A stretch of 64,000 bases of DNA from an uncultured Candidatus Saccharibacteria bacterium (lineage in GTDB: Bacteria > Patescibacteriota > Minisyncoccia > Minisyncoccales > CAYZYK01), in contig CAYZYK010000001.1 of NCBI GenBank assembly GCA_964482615.1, positions 2,144-66,143 of the forward strand, read 5' to 3'. Shown here one piece after another: positions 36,022 to 48,158 of the stretch (positions within the stretch are counted from its first letter, which is position 1; each line of letters begins with the position of its first letter). The notes beneath the pieces were generated by a model. The model was not told where the DNA came from. It ran no database searches and saw only the letters and a list, made by a program, of their open reading frames with translations. Both the position numbers and the translations under genes were made by a program.

Positions 36022-37746
36022 ATGGAGGGTTTGATTAAACAATTAACCAAAGAAGGAGTAATAGACAAATCAAAAGCCAAGGATTTGCAGCTAGAGAAAA
36101 AAAGAACCGGGAAGAAAGAAGAAGATATAATTTTAGAAAAAAATATTGTTCCCGAGGACTTTTTATTTAAGCTAAAGAGTAAACTTTTAAAAATTTCTCT
36201 GAAGGAAATTGTTCCAGAGGAAATACCCCTGGAAACTTTAAAATTAATCCCAGAAAGCTCTGCTTTAAGTTATAATATGATTCCTTTATCTGAGAAAGAC
36301 GATACGGTAGAGATAGGAATGGTTTATCCAGAAGATACTCGTTCAAAAGAAGCTCTTCGATTTATAGCAAGACAGGGTAAATTTGATTACAAAGTTTACT
36401 TAATTAGTCAAAAGAATTTTGAAGAACTTTTAAAACAATACAGAACTTTAAAAAGAGAAGCTAAAACGGCTCTGGAGGCTTTGGAAGAAGAAGAAATAGG
36501 CGTTCCACCAAGAAGAGAAGAACTGCCCGACATGGAAAGGGTGGCTAAGGACGCTCCAATTGTTAAAATGACTTCTGTTGTTTTAAAACACGCTGTTGAA
36601 GGTAAGGCTTCTGATATTCACATCGAGCCCACCAGAGAAAAGCTTAAAATTAGATTCAGGCTAAATGGTATTCTGTACTCAAGCTTGTTTCTGCCCACCA
36701 GGGTTCATTCAGCTATTGTGGCTAGAATCAAAATTTTAGCCAAGTTAAAAATTGATGAAACTAGAATTCCTCAAGATGGCAGATTTTCTACAGAAATTAA
36801 TGGGAAAAAAATTGATTTTCGCGTTTCGACCTTCCCTACTGTTTTGGGTGAGAAGGTGGCAATAAGGGTTCTTGATCCCACGGAAGGTCTTAAATCTTAC
36901 AAAGAACTAGGGCTCTCTGAAAGAAACATTGAATTAGTTGAAAAAGCAGCTAAAGATCCCTTTGGTTTAATTTTAGCCACAGGACCAACAGGATCTGGAA
37001 AAACAACAACTCTTTACGCCATAATGAGATTTTTGAACAAAGATAAAGTTAACATTGTAACCCTTGAAGACCCAGTTGAATATTCTATTAAGGGTGTAAA
37101 CCAATCTCAAGTTAAGCCCGAAATTAATTATACTTTTGCTAGGGGGCTGAGACATATTTTAAGACAAGATCCGGACATCATTATGGTTGGTGAAATCAGA
37201 GACGAAGAAACAGCAGCCTTGGCAATTCACGCTGCCTTAACCGGACATCTTGTTTTATCAACCTTACACACTAACAACGCTACCGGAGTTATTCCCAGAT
37301 TAATTGATATGGGCATAAAACCATTTCTTCTTTCTCCCACTTTAAATATTGCTATTTCCCAGAGATTAATAAGGGCTCTTTGTCCTTATTGTAAAAAGAA
37401 AGTTAAAGCAGACAAAAAAATTAAAAAATACATATTAGAACAAATTGAAAAACTTCCTTCAAAAGCTAAGAAAGAAATAGATACCTCCAAAACTATTTAT
37501 GTATACAGAGCAGAAGGTTGTGATAAATGCAACTTCAAAGGTTACACTGGAAGAACTGGGATTTTTGAGGTTTTGGAAATGACAGACCAGTTATCTGGTG
37601 CTATCTCAGAGAAAATATCTCCAGAGCAAATACGAAAAAAAGCTTTAGAACATGGAATGATAACTATGGCTCAAGATGGTGTTTTGAAAGCCCTCAAAGG
37701 AGTAACTACAGTTGAGGAGGTAATGAAATCAACTCAAATAAGATAA
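36022..37746 (+). CDS. pilB: Type IV pilus assembly ATPase PilB (GspE/PulE family)
   Basis: ASDIHIEP, PQDGR, GPTGSGKTT, LRQDPDIIMVGEIRD, tetracysteine motif. Confidence 0.95.
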   Translation: MEGLIKQLTKEGVIDKSKAKDLQLEKKRTGKKEEDIILEKNIVPEDFLFKLKSKLLKISLKEIVPEEIPLETLKLIPESSALSYNMIPLSEKDDTVEIGMVYPEDTRSKEALRFIARQGKFDYKVYLISQKNFEELLKQYRTLKREAKTALEALEEEEIGVPPRREELPDMERVAKDAPIVKMTSVVLKHAVEGKASDIHIEPTREKLKIRFRLNGILYSSLFLPTRVHSAIVARIKILAKLKIDETRIPQDGRFSTEINGKKIDFRVSTFPTVLGEKVAIRVLDPTEGLKSYKELGLSERNIELVEKAAKDPFGLILATGPTGSGKTTTLYAIMRFLNKDKVNIVTLEDPVEYSIKGVNQSQVKPEINYTFARGLRHILRQDPDIIMVGEIRDEETAALAIHAALTGHLVLSTLHTNNATGVIPRLIDMGIKPFLLSPTLNIAISQRLIRALCPYCKKKVKADKKIKKYILEQIEKLPSKAKKEIDTSKTIYVYRAEGCDKCNFKGYTGRTGIFEVLEMTDQLSGAISEKISPEQIRKKALEHGMITMAQDGVLKALKGVTTVEEVMKSTQIR

Positions 37747-37842
37747 TTTCTCAAGTTAATTTATTTTGTAAAGGTCAGAAAAATTTAAAATTCTTTTCCT
37801 GAATATAATTAGTTTAAAAATTAATTCCTACAATCTAATATT

Positions 37843-38208
37843 ATGAAATCAATTTTATTAGTTGAAGATGACCCCTTTTTAGTGGATATCTATGTCACTA
37901 GATTAAAAGAAGAGGAGTATGAAATAAGGGTGGCAGAAAACGGAGAAAAAGCTTTAAAAGAGTTAAAAAAGAAAAAACCAGACCTTCTTCTATTAGATAT
38001 TGTTTTGCCTAAAATGGATGGTTGGCAACTATTGGAAAAGATGACAGAAGATAATAAACTCAAGAAAGTAAAGGTAGTTATTCTTTCTAATTTGGGAGAA
38101 AAAGATGAAATTAAAAAAGGCTTTGATTTGGGGATAGTAGAATATTTAGTTAAAGCAAACTATACTCCAACTGAAGTAGTTGAGGAAGTAAAAAAGATAC
38201 TCAAATAA
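37843..38208 (+). CDS. Single-domain response regulator (CheY-like)
   Basis: LLVEDD, LLLDIVLPKMDG, ILSN, YLVK. Confidence 0.92.
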   Translation: MKSILLVEDDPFLVDIYVTRLKEEEYEIRVAENGEKALKELKKKKPDLLLLDIVLPKMDGWQLLEKMTEDNKLKKVKVVILSNLGEKDEIKKGFDLGIVEYLVKANYTPTEVVEEVKKILK

Positions 38209-38257
38209 ATCTGATTGTGTTCTTAAACTCATAACTGAAATTTAGTTTAAACAATAC

Positions 38258-39322
38258 ATGAACTATTCTATAAAACTTAAAAACCTTTTATCTCAGGTTT
38301 TCAGAGAAAAAGCATCTGATTTACATATTTCGGTAGGTCATCCTCCAACCTTAAGGATAACCGGAAGATTAACTCCCCTGATAAAAGAAAAAGAGATTAC
38401 CCAAAAAGATGCTCAAGGTTTGGCTATCGCCTTGATGACCGATTTTCAATGGAAAAGATTCCAAGAAGACAAAGAAATTGATTTTTCTTATGGTTTTGAG
38501 CAAAAAGCAAGGTTTCGAGTTAATATTTTTTACCAAAGAGGAAATATTAGCATTGTTTTAAGGCTTATTCCTTTTAAAATAAAAAGCATTGAAGAATTAA
38601 ATCTTCCTCCGGTTTTACATGAATTTACCAGAAGACCCCAAGGGCTTGTTTTAATAACCGGCGCCTCAAGTCAAGGAAAATCCACCACTTTAGCAGCTTT
38701 GGTTGAAGAAATAAATGAAACCAAACCAGTTCATATAATAACGATTGAGGATCCCATAGAATATGTTTTTCGCGACAAACAAGCTATTGTTGATCAAAGA
38801 GAGGTCTATCATGATACTGCAAGTTTTAATAAGGCCTTAAGATCTACCTTCCGTCAAGACCCTGATGTAATTATGGTAGGGGAGATGAGGGATTTGGAAA
38901 CAATCTCAGGCGTTATTACAGCAGCAGAAACAGGTCATTTAGTTTTTGCTACTTTACACACTAATTCAGCCTCTCAAACTATTCACCGCGTTGTTGATGT
39001 TTTTCCCCCAGAGCAACAAAACCAGATAAGATATCAATTATCTGGATCACTGCTTGGGGTAGTTTCTCAAAGATTAATTCCCTCAATTGAGGGTGGTTTT
39101 GTTCCAGCTTGTGAAATAATGTTTGCCACCTCAGCCGTTGAAACGTTAATTAGAGAAAATAAGGTTCATGAAATACCAGCGGTTATTGAAACCTCTGCTA
39201 AAGAAGGAATGGTTTCTTTAAACAGAGCTTTGGCTGATTTGGTGAGAAAGAAAAAAATATCCGTAAAAAACGCTGTTAGATATTCTCTGAGGCCAGTCGA
39301 ATTAAGAAACATATTGGGTTAA
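38258..39322 (+). CDS. pilT: Pilus retraction ATPase PilT
   Basis: ASDLHI, RFRVN, TIEDPIE, RQDPDVIMVGEMRD, AETGHLVFATLHT. Confidence 0.93.
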   Translation: MNYSIKLKNLLSQVFREKASDLHISVGHPPTLRITGRLTPLIKEKEITQKDAQGLAIALMTDFQWKRFQEDKEIDFSYGFEQKARFRVNIFYQRGNISIVLRLIPFKIKSIEELNLPPVLHEFTRRPQGLVLITGASSQGKSTTLAALVEEINETKPVHIITIEDPIEYVFRDKQAIVDQREVYHDTASFNKALRSTFRQDPDVIMVGEMRDLETISGVITAAETGHLVFATLHTNSASQTIHRVVDVFPPEQQNQIRYQLSGSLLGVVSQRLIPSIEGGFVPACEIMFATSAVETLIRENKVHEIPAVIETSAKEGMVSLNRALADLVRKKKISVKNAVRYSLRPVELRNILG

Positions 39323-39327
39323 AGTTT

Positions 39328-40542
39328 ATGAAATTTTCTTATCAAGCAAGAGACAAAGAAGGAACATTAAAAACAGGCAAAATAGAAGCTTCCTCGGGGG
39401 AGGCAGCAACTGAGGTTCTGAGGAAAAGAGGGCTTTTTATTACTTCATTAAGGAAGGAAAGAAGCTCTTTTCTTTCTTTTGAAAAGATAAAATCAAAAAT
39501 ATTCAAAGGTGTTTCTTCAAAAGAAGTTGCTATATTCTCTCACCAATTGGGAGTGATGCTCGATTCTCGAGTTCCTATTGTTCAGAGCCTTTTGACTTTG
39601 AGCTCTCAAATGTCCAATACAAACTTTAAAGAAAAAGTATTGAAGATCAGTGAAGCAGTTGAAGGTGGAAGTTCTTTGTCCGATGCTTTTTCTGTTTACC
39701 CTGAAATTTTTGATAATTTCTATATTAGTTTACTTGAGTCAGGGGAAGCCGCAGGAAAGATTTCAGAATCATTACATTATCTGGGAGATCATCTGGAAAG
39801 GGAATACAATATTAAGAGCGATATTAAAAAAGCGATGCTCTATCCTGTTTTAGTTTTAATTGTTTTTTTGGTAGCTATCACAGTTATAGTTTTCTTCGTT
39901 ATTCCTCCTTTCAGTGAAATATTACAAGAAGCCGGGGGAGAGATTCCCCTTATTACCAGATTAATGTTTGGTTTTTATGAATTTCTAAAAAATTTCGGCT
40001 GGGTTTTAATTTTAGCTTTTGGGGGGTTGATTGTTTTTTTGATTTATTATCTGAAGACCGAAAAAGGAAGAAAAATTTACGATAAAATTATTATCAACCT
40101 TCCTTTTTTAGGTAATTTTTTCCAAAAAATATTTATGACTCGTTTTGCCGAGAATCTTTCAAGCTTAATTAAGGCTGGAATTCCCATAACCCAGGCCCTG
40201 AGAATAAACAAAAAGATAATAGGAAATTTCGTTTATCAAGAGATTTTGAAAGAAACAGAAAAGAGGGTAGCCCAAGGAGAGCAAATAAGCTATGTTTTGG
40301 TAAAATATCCTGAGGTTATTCCATCTTTTGTGACCCAAATGGTAAAAGTTGGAGAAAAAACAGGTAGATTAGAAAGTTCTTTGTCTGAAGTAGTAAAATT
40401 TTACCAAAAAGAGATACAAAGAAGCACAGAAACTTTTATGACTTTAATCGAACCCATATTAATAATTTTCTTGGGTGGTATTGTTGCTCTTCTGGCAGTT
40501 TCTGTTTTCGGGCCCCTTTATGGTATGATCGGTGGTTTTTAA
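39328..40542 (+). CDS. pilC: PilC/GspF inner-membrane platform protein
   Basis: FSYQARDKEG, GEAAG, AMLYP, VGEKTGRL, IEP. Confidence 0.94.
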   Translation: MKFSYQARDKEGTLKTGKIEASSGEAATEVLRKRGLFITSLRKERSSFLSFEKIKSKIFKGVSSKEVAIFSHQLGVMLDSRVPIVQSLLTLSSQMSNTNFKEKVLKISEAVEGGSSLSDAFSVYPEIFDNFYISLLESGEAAGKISESLHYLGDHLEREYNIKSDIKKAMLYPVLVLIVFLVAITVIVFFVIPPFSEILQEAGGEIPLITRLMFGFYEFLKNFGWVLILAFGGLIVFLIYYLKTEKGRKIYDKIIINLPFLGNFFQKIFMTRFAENLSSLIKAGIPITQALRINKKIIGNFVYQEILKETEKRVAQGEQISYVLVKYPEVIPSFVTQMVKVGEKTGRLESSLSEVVKFYQKEIQRSTETFMTLIEPILIIFLGGIVALLAVSVFGPLYGMIGGF

Positions 40543-40632
40543 TTATTCACATTGATTGCTTGATTTACTTGTAGTATAATTTAATAAATAAAGTATAAAT
40601 TTAAAGGTCGGCTATAAAATCTGTAAAATTAA

Positions 40633-41139
40633 ATGAAAATGAAAATTTTTGAGAAAAAGTCTAGAGGTTTTACTTTAATTGAACTTTTGGTGGTTATCGC
40701 AATCATTGGTATTTTAGCAGGTATTGTTTTGGTTAATGTCAGAAGCGCAAGGAACAAAGCAAAAGATGGTGCTATCAAGGCCGATATGTCTGGTTTAGCA
40801 CCAACAGCTGAGATATTTTATGACACTGCTGGAACCTACACGGGTTTTTGTTCTGATACAGAAGAACAAAGAATTGAAGGAGCAATAGCTGAATTAGTTC
40901 CCGGTGGTTCTTCTGGCGATACTTGTGCAACTACTGGGGTTGATTGTCACTGTTGGGTTGATGGTGAAACCATGGTAACTTCTGACACCGGTGAAGCTTG
41001 GTACTTTTGTGCAAGAATGAACAGTGCTGATTATTGGTGTACTGATAATACCGGAAGAGCTCTGAAGACAACAAGTTGTCCTTCTGCTCCCGCAGATAAC
41101 AATTCAGACGGTCAATTAGACTGCAGAGACCTGTTATAA
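40633..41139 (+). CDS. Type IV pilin, probable major pilin
   Basis: RG|FTLIELLVVIAIIGILA; own -10 box and a strong terminator. Confidence 0.9.
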   Translation: MKMKIFEKKSRGFTLIELLVVIAIIGILAGIVLVNVRSARNKAKDGAIKADMSGLAPTAEIFYDTAGTYTGFCSDTEEQRIEGAIAELVPGGSSGDTCATTGVDCHCWVDGETMVTSDTGEAWYFCARMNSADYWCTDNTGRALKTTSCPSAPADNNSDGQLDCRDLL

Positions 41140-41164
41140 TTTTGAATTAGAAAATATTATATCC

Positions 41165-41189
41165 AAAACCCTGCCTGGGGCGGGGTTTT
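41165..41189 (+). terminator. Intrinsic terminator after the pilin
   Basis: AAAACCCTGCC-TGG-GGCGGGGTTTT. Confidence 0.8.
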
Positions 41190-41221
41190 GTTTTAAGAGA
41201 AAAATATATTAGAATAGAAAA

Positions 41222-42040
41222 ATGATAGTTATTTTTTTAACAATCTTTACGTTTATCTTCGGGCTTTTTGTGGGGAGTTTTTTAAATTGTGTAGTTTACA
41301 GATTACCAAGAAAGGAATCTTCTCTAAAGGGAAGATCAAAATGTCCCGAATGTGGTCATAAATTGGACTGGCATGATTTAATTCCTGTTTTAAGTTTTTT
41401 GATTCAAAGGGGGAGATGTGGGTATTGTAAAAAAAAGATTTCCCTTCAGCACCCCTTAGTTGAGCTTATTACTGGATTGTTGTTTGTTCTAATTTTAAGA
41501 TTTTCTTTTTTTACCCTTGGTTTTTGGGGAAAAGAATTATTGATTTTTCAGAATATTATACATTTTTTCTATCTTTTAATAATCTTCTCTTTTTTAATAA
41601 TAATTTTTATTTCTGATCTTAAAAGGTTTATTATTCCAGATAGAATTATATTCCCCGCTATTTTATTAACTTTTGTTTTTCACCTTTATCTTTCTTTTTT
41701 AAGAGGAGATTTCACTGCCCTTAAAGAAAGACTATTAAGCTCTATTTTAGTGAGCTTGTTTTTTTTAATCTTATTCCTTTTCTCTCGGGGGAAATGGATA
41801 GGATTTGGGGATGTAAAATTTAGTTTCTTTATGGGGGGTTTTTTGGGGTTTCCCGGTGTTTTGGTTGCTTTGTTTTTGAGTTTCCTTATTGGTGGTATAA
41901 TAGGATTGGGACTGATTTTATCTGGTAAAGCTGGTCTGAGAACTGAGATTCCTTTCGGTCCCTTTTTAATAACAGGTACTTTTATGGCTTTTTTTGAAGG
42001 GCAAAGCTTTATTAATTGGTATTTTTCTTTAATCTTTTAA
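41222..42040 (+). CDS. pilD: Prepilin peptidase
   Basis: GSFLNCVVYRLP, RSKCPEC, GFGDVK, IPFGPFL. Confidence 0.95.
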   Translation: MIVIFLTIFTFIFGLFVGSFLNCVVYRLPRKESSLKGRSKCPECGHKLDWHDLIPVLSFLIQRGRCGYCKKKISLQHPLVELITGLLFVLILRFSFFTLGFWGKELLIFQNIIHFFYLLIIFSFLIIIFISDLKRFIIPDRIIFPAILLTFVFHLYLSFLRGDFTALKERLLSSILVSLFFLILFLFSRGKWIGFGDVKFSFFMGGFLGFPGVLVALFLSFLIGGIIGLGLILSGKAGLRTEIPFGPFLITGTFMAFFEGQSFINWYFSLIF

Positions 42041-42044
42041 TTCT

Positions 42045-42644
42045 GTGTTTACAAAAAACAAAGGATTCACTTTAGTTGAAGTTATAGTTGTTATCTCTGT
42101 GGTTATCATAATCTCTACAATTTTAATTGCTAATTTTCCAAAGTTCAGGGAGCAAAAGAAACTTCAAATGTCAAGCCATAGATTAATTCAGGATTTAAGA
42201 AGGATTCAAGAAAGGGCTCTTTCACCCTCAGGGGACAAAGAGAAGATTTGTGGTAATACAGCATCAGTAGAGGAGATAGAAGGTTTAGTAGTAGGAGCTT
42301 TTTTTGACGAACAGAATCCTGATTTTTATAGATTATTTGTGGATTGTGATGAAAATTATATCTACAGTTCTCCCGATAAAGAACTTTCCCCAATAGGTCT
42401 TGAAAAAAAAGTAAAGATTAAAAACTTATCTCCTCCCAATCTTAACGGTAATCTACATATTGTATTTGTTCCTCCTAACCCCCAACTTTTTATTAACGGC
42501 TCTCCAGCAGACTCAGTCTTAGCTCCTGGGGTGAATGTTAGGATTGAAATTTGTTTAGATAATGGCTGTTTAGAAGACAGCTCAGATTCATTAAAAACAA
42601 GAACCATTGAAATTAACAAAAGCGGTTTGGTGGAGCTAAAATAA
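42045..42644 (+). CDS. Minor type IV pilin (FimT/GspH-like)
   Basis: KG|FTLVEVIVV. Confidence 0.85.
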   Translation: MFTKNKGFTLVEVIVVISVVIIISTILIANFPKFREQKKLQMSSHRLIQDLRRIQERALSPSGDKEKICGNTASVEEIEGLVVGAFFDEQNPDFYRLFVDCDENYIYSSPDKELSPIGLEKKVKIKNLSPPNLNGNLHIVFVPPNPQLFINGSPADSVLAPGVNVRIEICLDNGCLEDSSDSLKTRTIEINKSGLVELK

Positions 42645-42663
42645 TTTAGATTAATTTATACTT

Positions 42664-43179
42664 ATGATTTCATCTTTTTCCAAAAAAGGATTTACTCTTC
42701 CTGAGGTTATAATAGCTGCTAGTATTTTATTGGCTGGTATTGTTGTTTTTTCGATTGTTTTCACAAGAATTGTCTCTTTGCTTCCCCTTATTTCTTTTAA
42801 ATTTACAGCTGCATATCTAGCCCAAGAAGGGGTTGAAATAGTAAGAAACATTCGGGACACAAATTGGCTGGAAGGTGAGAGCTGGAAAAATGGACTTACT
42901 GTTTGTTCAGCAAGTGAGGGTAATTTCTGTGAAGTTGATTATGATGACACAGAACTAACACCCAAAGATCAATCTTCCCAACTATCCTATCTTGAAACCA
43001 CAGATGGTGCCTTTTTTGCTTATAATCAAGGGGTTACAGAAACGAGATTTAAAAGAAAAATTATTATTGAAGAAATAATAGGAAAAGAAGCTTTAGATGT
43101 TACTGTTTTCGTGGAATGGGAAGTGAAGGGTAAACCATACGAGATTCAAGTAAACGAACATTTATATAATTGGTTTTAA
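42664..43179 (+). CDS. Minor type IV pilin (PilV-like)
   Basis: KG|FTLPEVII, AAYLAQEGVEIVRNIRD. Confidence 0.85.
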   Translation: MISSFSKKGFTLPEVIIAASILLAGIVVFSIVFTRIVSLLPLISFKFTAAYLAQEGVEIVRNIRDTNWLEGESWKNGLTVCSASEGNFCEVDYDDTELTPKDQSSQLSYLETTDGAFFAYNQGVTETRFKRKIIIEEIIGKEALDVTVFVEWEVKGKPYEIQVNEHLYNWF

Positions 43180-43196
43180 TAAAATAAATTAATTTT

Positions 43197-43745
43197 ATGA
43201 GGAATAAAGCTTTTACTGTAATTGAGTTATTGGTGGCTTTTATGATTTTTTCTTTAGTCATTGGTTCCTCCATATCTGCCTTTCTTTTAATTGTCCGTCA
43301 CCAGAGAAAAGTCCTACTTAAACAAGAAATTATAAACCAGACAAGTTATGCTACAGAATTTATGAGTAGGGCTCTGAGAATGGCAAAAAAAGATGATTTG
43401 GGAGAATGTTTGAGTCAGGGGGGATTGAATTATGAAAACACAGATGAAGAAGCTTTCAGAATAAGATTTATAAACCATCTTCAAGATGACGAATGTCAGG
43501 AGTTTTTTCTTGAAAACGGTCAACTGAAGCACAAAAGGAAAATTAGTTCTGGACAAGAGACCCTTGATTTAACTTCAGACAAGTTTCAGATCAGTTCACT
43601 TGAGTTCAATATTCTTGGAGAGTCAGAGCAAGATAATTTACAGCCCAGGGTGACCTTCCTCTTGGAGATTAAAGCGAAGGGGGCAGGAGATCAACCTGGC
43701 TTAAAAGTCCAAACTACAATCTCTCAAAGAAATTTAGATATTTGA
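43197..43745 (+). CDS. Minor type IV pilin (PilW-like)
   Basis: KA|FTVIELLV, QTTISQR. Confidence 0.85.
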   Translation: MRNKAFTVIELLVAFMIFSLVIGSSISAFLLIVRHQRKVLLKQEIINQTSYATEFMSRALRMAKKDDLGECLSQGGLNYENTDEEAFRIRFINHLQDDECQEFFLENGQLKHKRKISSGQETLDLTSDKFQISSLEFNILGESEQDNLQPRVTFLLEIKAKGAGDQPGLKVQTTISQRNLDI

Positions 43746-43753
43746 AATAATTT

Positions 43754-44671
43754 ATGATGGGAAATAAACAAAAAGGGATTTCTATTTTTATTGCTATATC
43801 TTTAATATCTATAATCCTTATTATTGTTTTAGGGTTAGTTTTAATTTTAATAAGTGAAGTTAAGATAATAAGAGAAGTGGGAGAATCTGTGGTTGCTTTC
43901 TTTGCCGCAGATACAGGAATTGAAGAAACCTATTATCAAGACAGGAAACAGGGGCCTGGAGGCGAAGTGAGCGGTCTTTGTGCTAGTTGTGTTGATAATC
44001 CTGACTGGTGTTCTGGGATTGATTGTAATTCCCAAGCTTGTACAAACTGTAATATTGAGTTTCCTACTCGTTCTTTTGATGGAAAAGAATATGAGGTTAC
44101 GATTGATATTTCTTCCCAAAATAATTTTTTGGTAACTACTATTAAATCTTATGGAAAGTATAAAAAAGCAACCAGGGCGATTAGGTTAAGATACTTAAAG
44201 AGACTTCCTTATATTGATCCCGAAGAAGATCTTTTTAATCTCGGTTTGGAATGGAATTCTACAAGTTTTGATCATTATACTGAGATAGATGACAAGATAA
44301 GACAGCCAAACATTCTTTCTTCCGGTGACGGACTGAACGATTATATCTATACCGAAAACAGCGGCAGTAGCGACTATTTTGGAATGACAACAATAGATAT
44401 TAAGGGAGATTCCATAGACGAAGTTAGGGTTTGGGTTTATGGTGAAAAAGGACTCGATGGTGGAGATGCTACAATTGATATTTTTATGGGGGGAGCATGG
44501 CAGGGATCTCAATCTTTGGGCCTGACTGTTTCTCCTTCTTGGCATAGTGTTTCTTTTCCTGGAAACTGGAATCAAACAGACCTTGATAATTTAAAAGTAA
44601 AGATTACTAGGGTCGTAGAGGGGACAGCTCAGACTCGAGTTTATGCTATGTATGCTGAAATAAGTTATTGA
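43754..44671 (+). CDS. PilX-like minor pilin with Cys-rich segment and extra C-terminal domain
   Basis: QKG|ISIFI lacking Glu5, AFFAADTGIE. Confidence 0.8.
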   Translation: MMGNKQKGISIFIAISLISIILIIVLGLVLILISEVKIIREVGESVVAFFAADTGIEETYYQDRKQGPGGEVSGLCASCVDNPDWCSGIDCNSQACTNCNIEFPTRSFDGKEYEVTIDISSQNNFLVTTIKSYGKYKKATRAIRLRYLKRLPYIDPEEDLFNLGLEWNSTSFDHYTEIDDKIRQPNILSSGDGLNDYIYTENSGSSDYFGMTTIDIKGDSIDEVRVWVYGEKGLDGGDATIDIFMGGAWQGSQSLGLTVSPSWHSVSFPGNWNQTDLDNLKVKITRVVEGTAQTRVYAMYAEISY

Positions 44672-44678
44672 TTTTTAA

Positions 44679-47836
<3,158 letters not shown>

Positions 47837-47869
47837 TAAGACAAAAAATGATTTTAGGTTAATTTGGGC

Positions 47870-47897
47870 TTGACAAAACTTTTAAAAAGAATATAAT
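47870..47897 (+). promoter_or_regulatory. Sigma70 promoter of rpoBC
   Basis: TTGACA-16 nt-TATAAT, about 260 nt upstream of rpoB. Confidence 0.7.
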
Positions 47898-48158
47898 AAG
47901 AGGGAATTCTCAAAATAATATAAACTAGACAAAAATGCTGAAAAGCATTTTAATTTTAAGTTAAATTAAAATCCCAAATATCCCTCCTTTTTCTCAAACT
48001 TTAGATTTATACTATAATTTCCCGCCATCTTCTTTTAGCTCCTAAATATTTTCCTTGATTTCCAGATTATCAAAAGCATTATAAATAGAAAGCGGGGGGA
48101 TAACCCTAATAAACAAACTTAGGGTTTTTGTGCTTTTTATTCTCTTTTTAATATTGTT

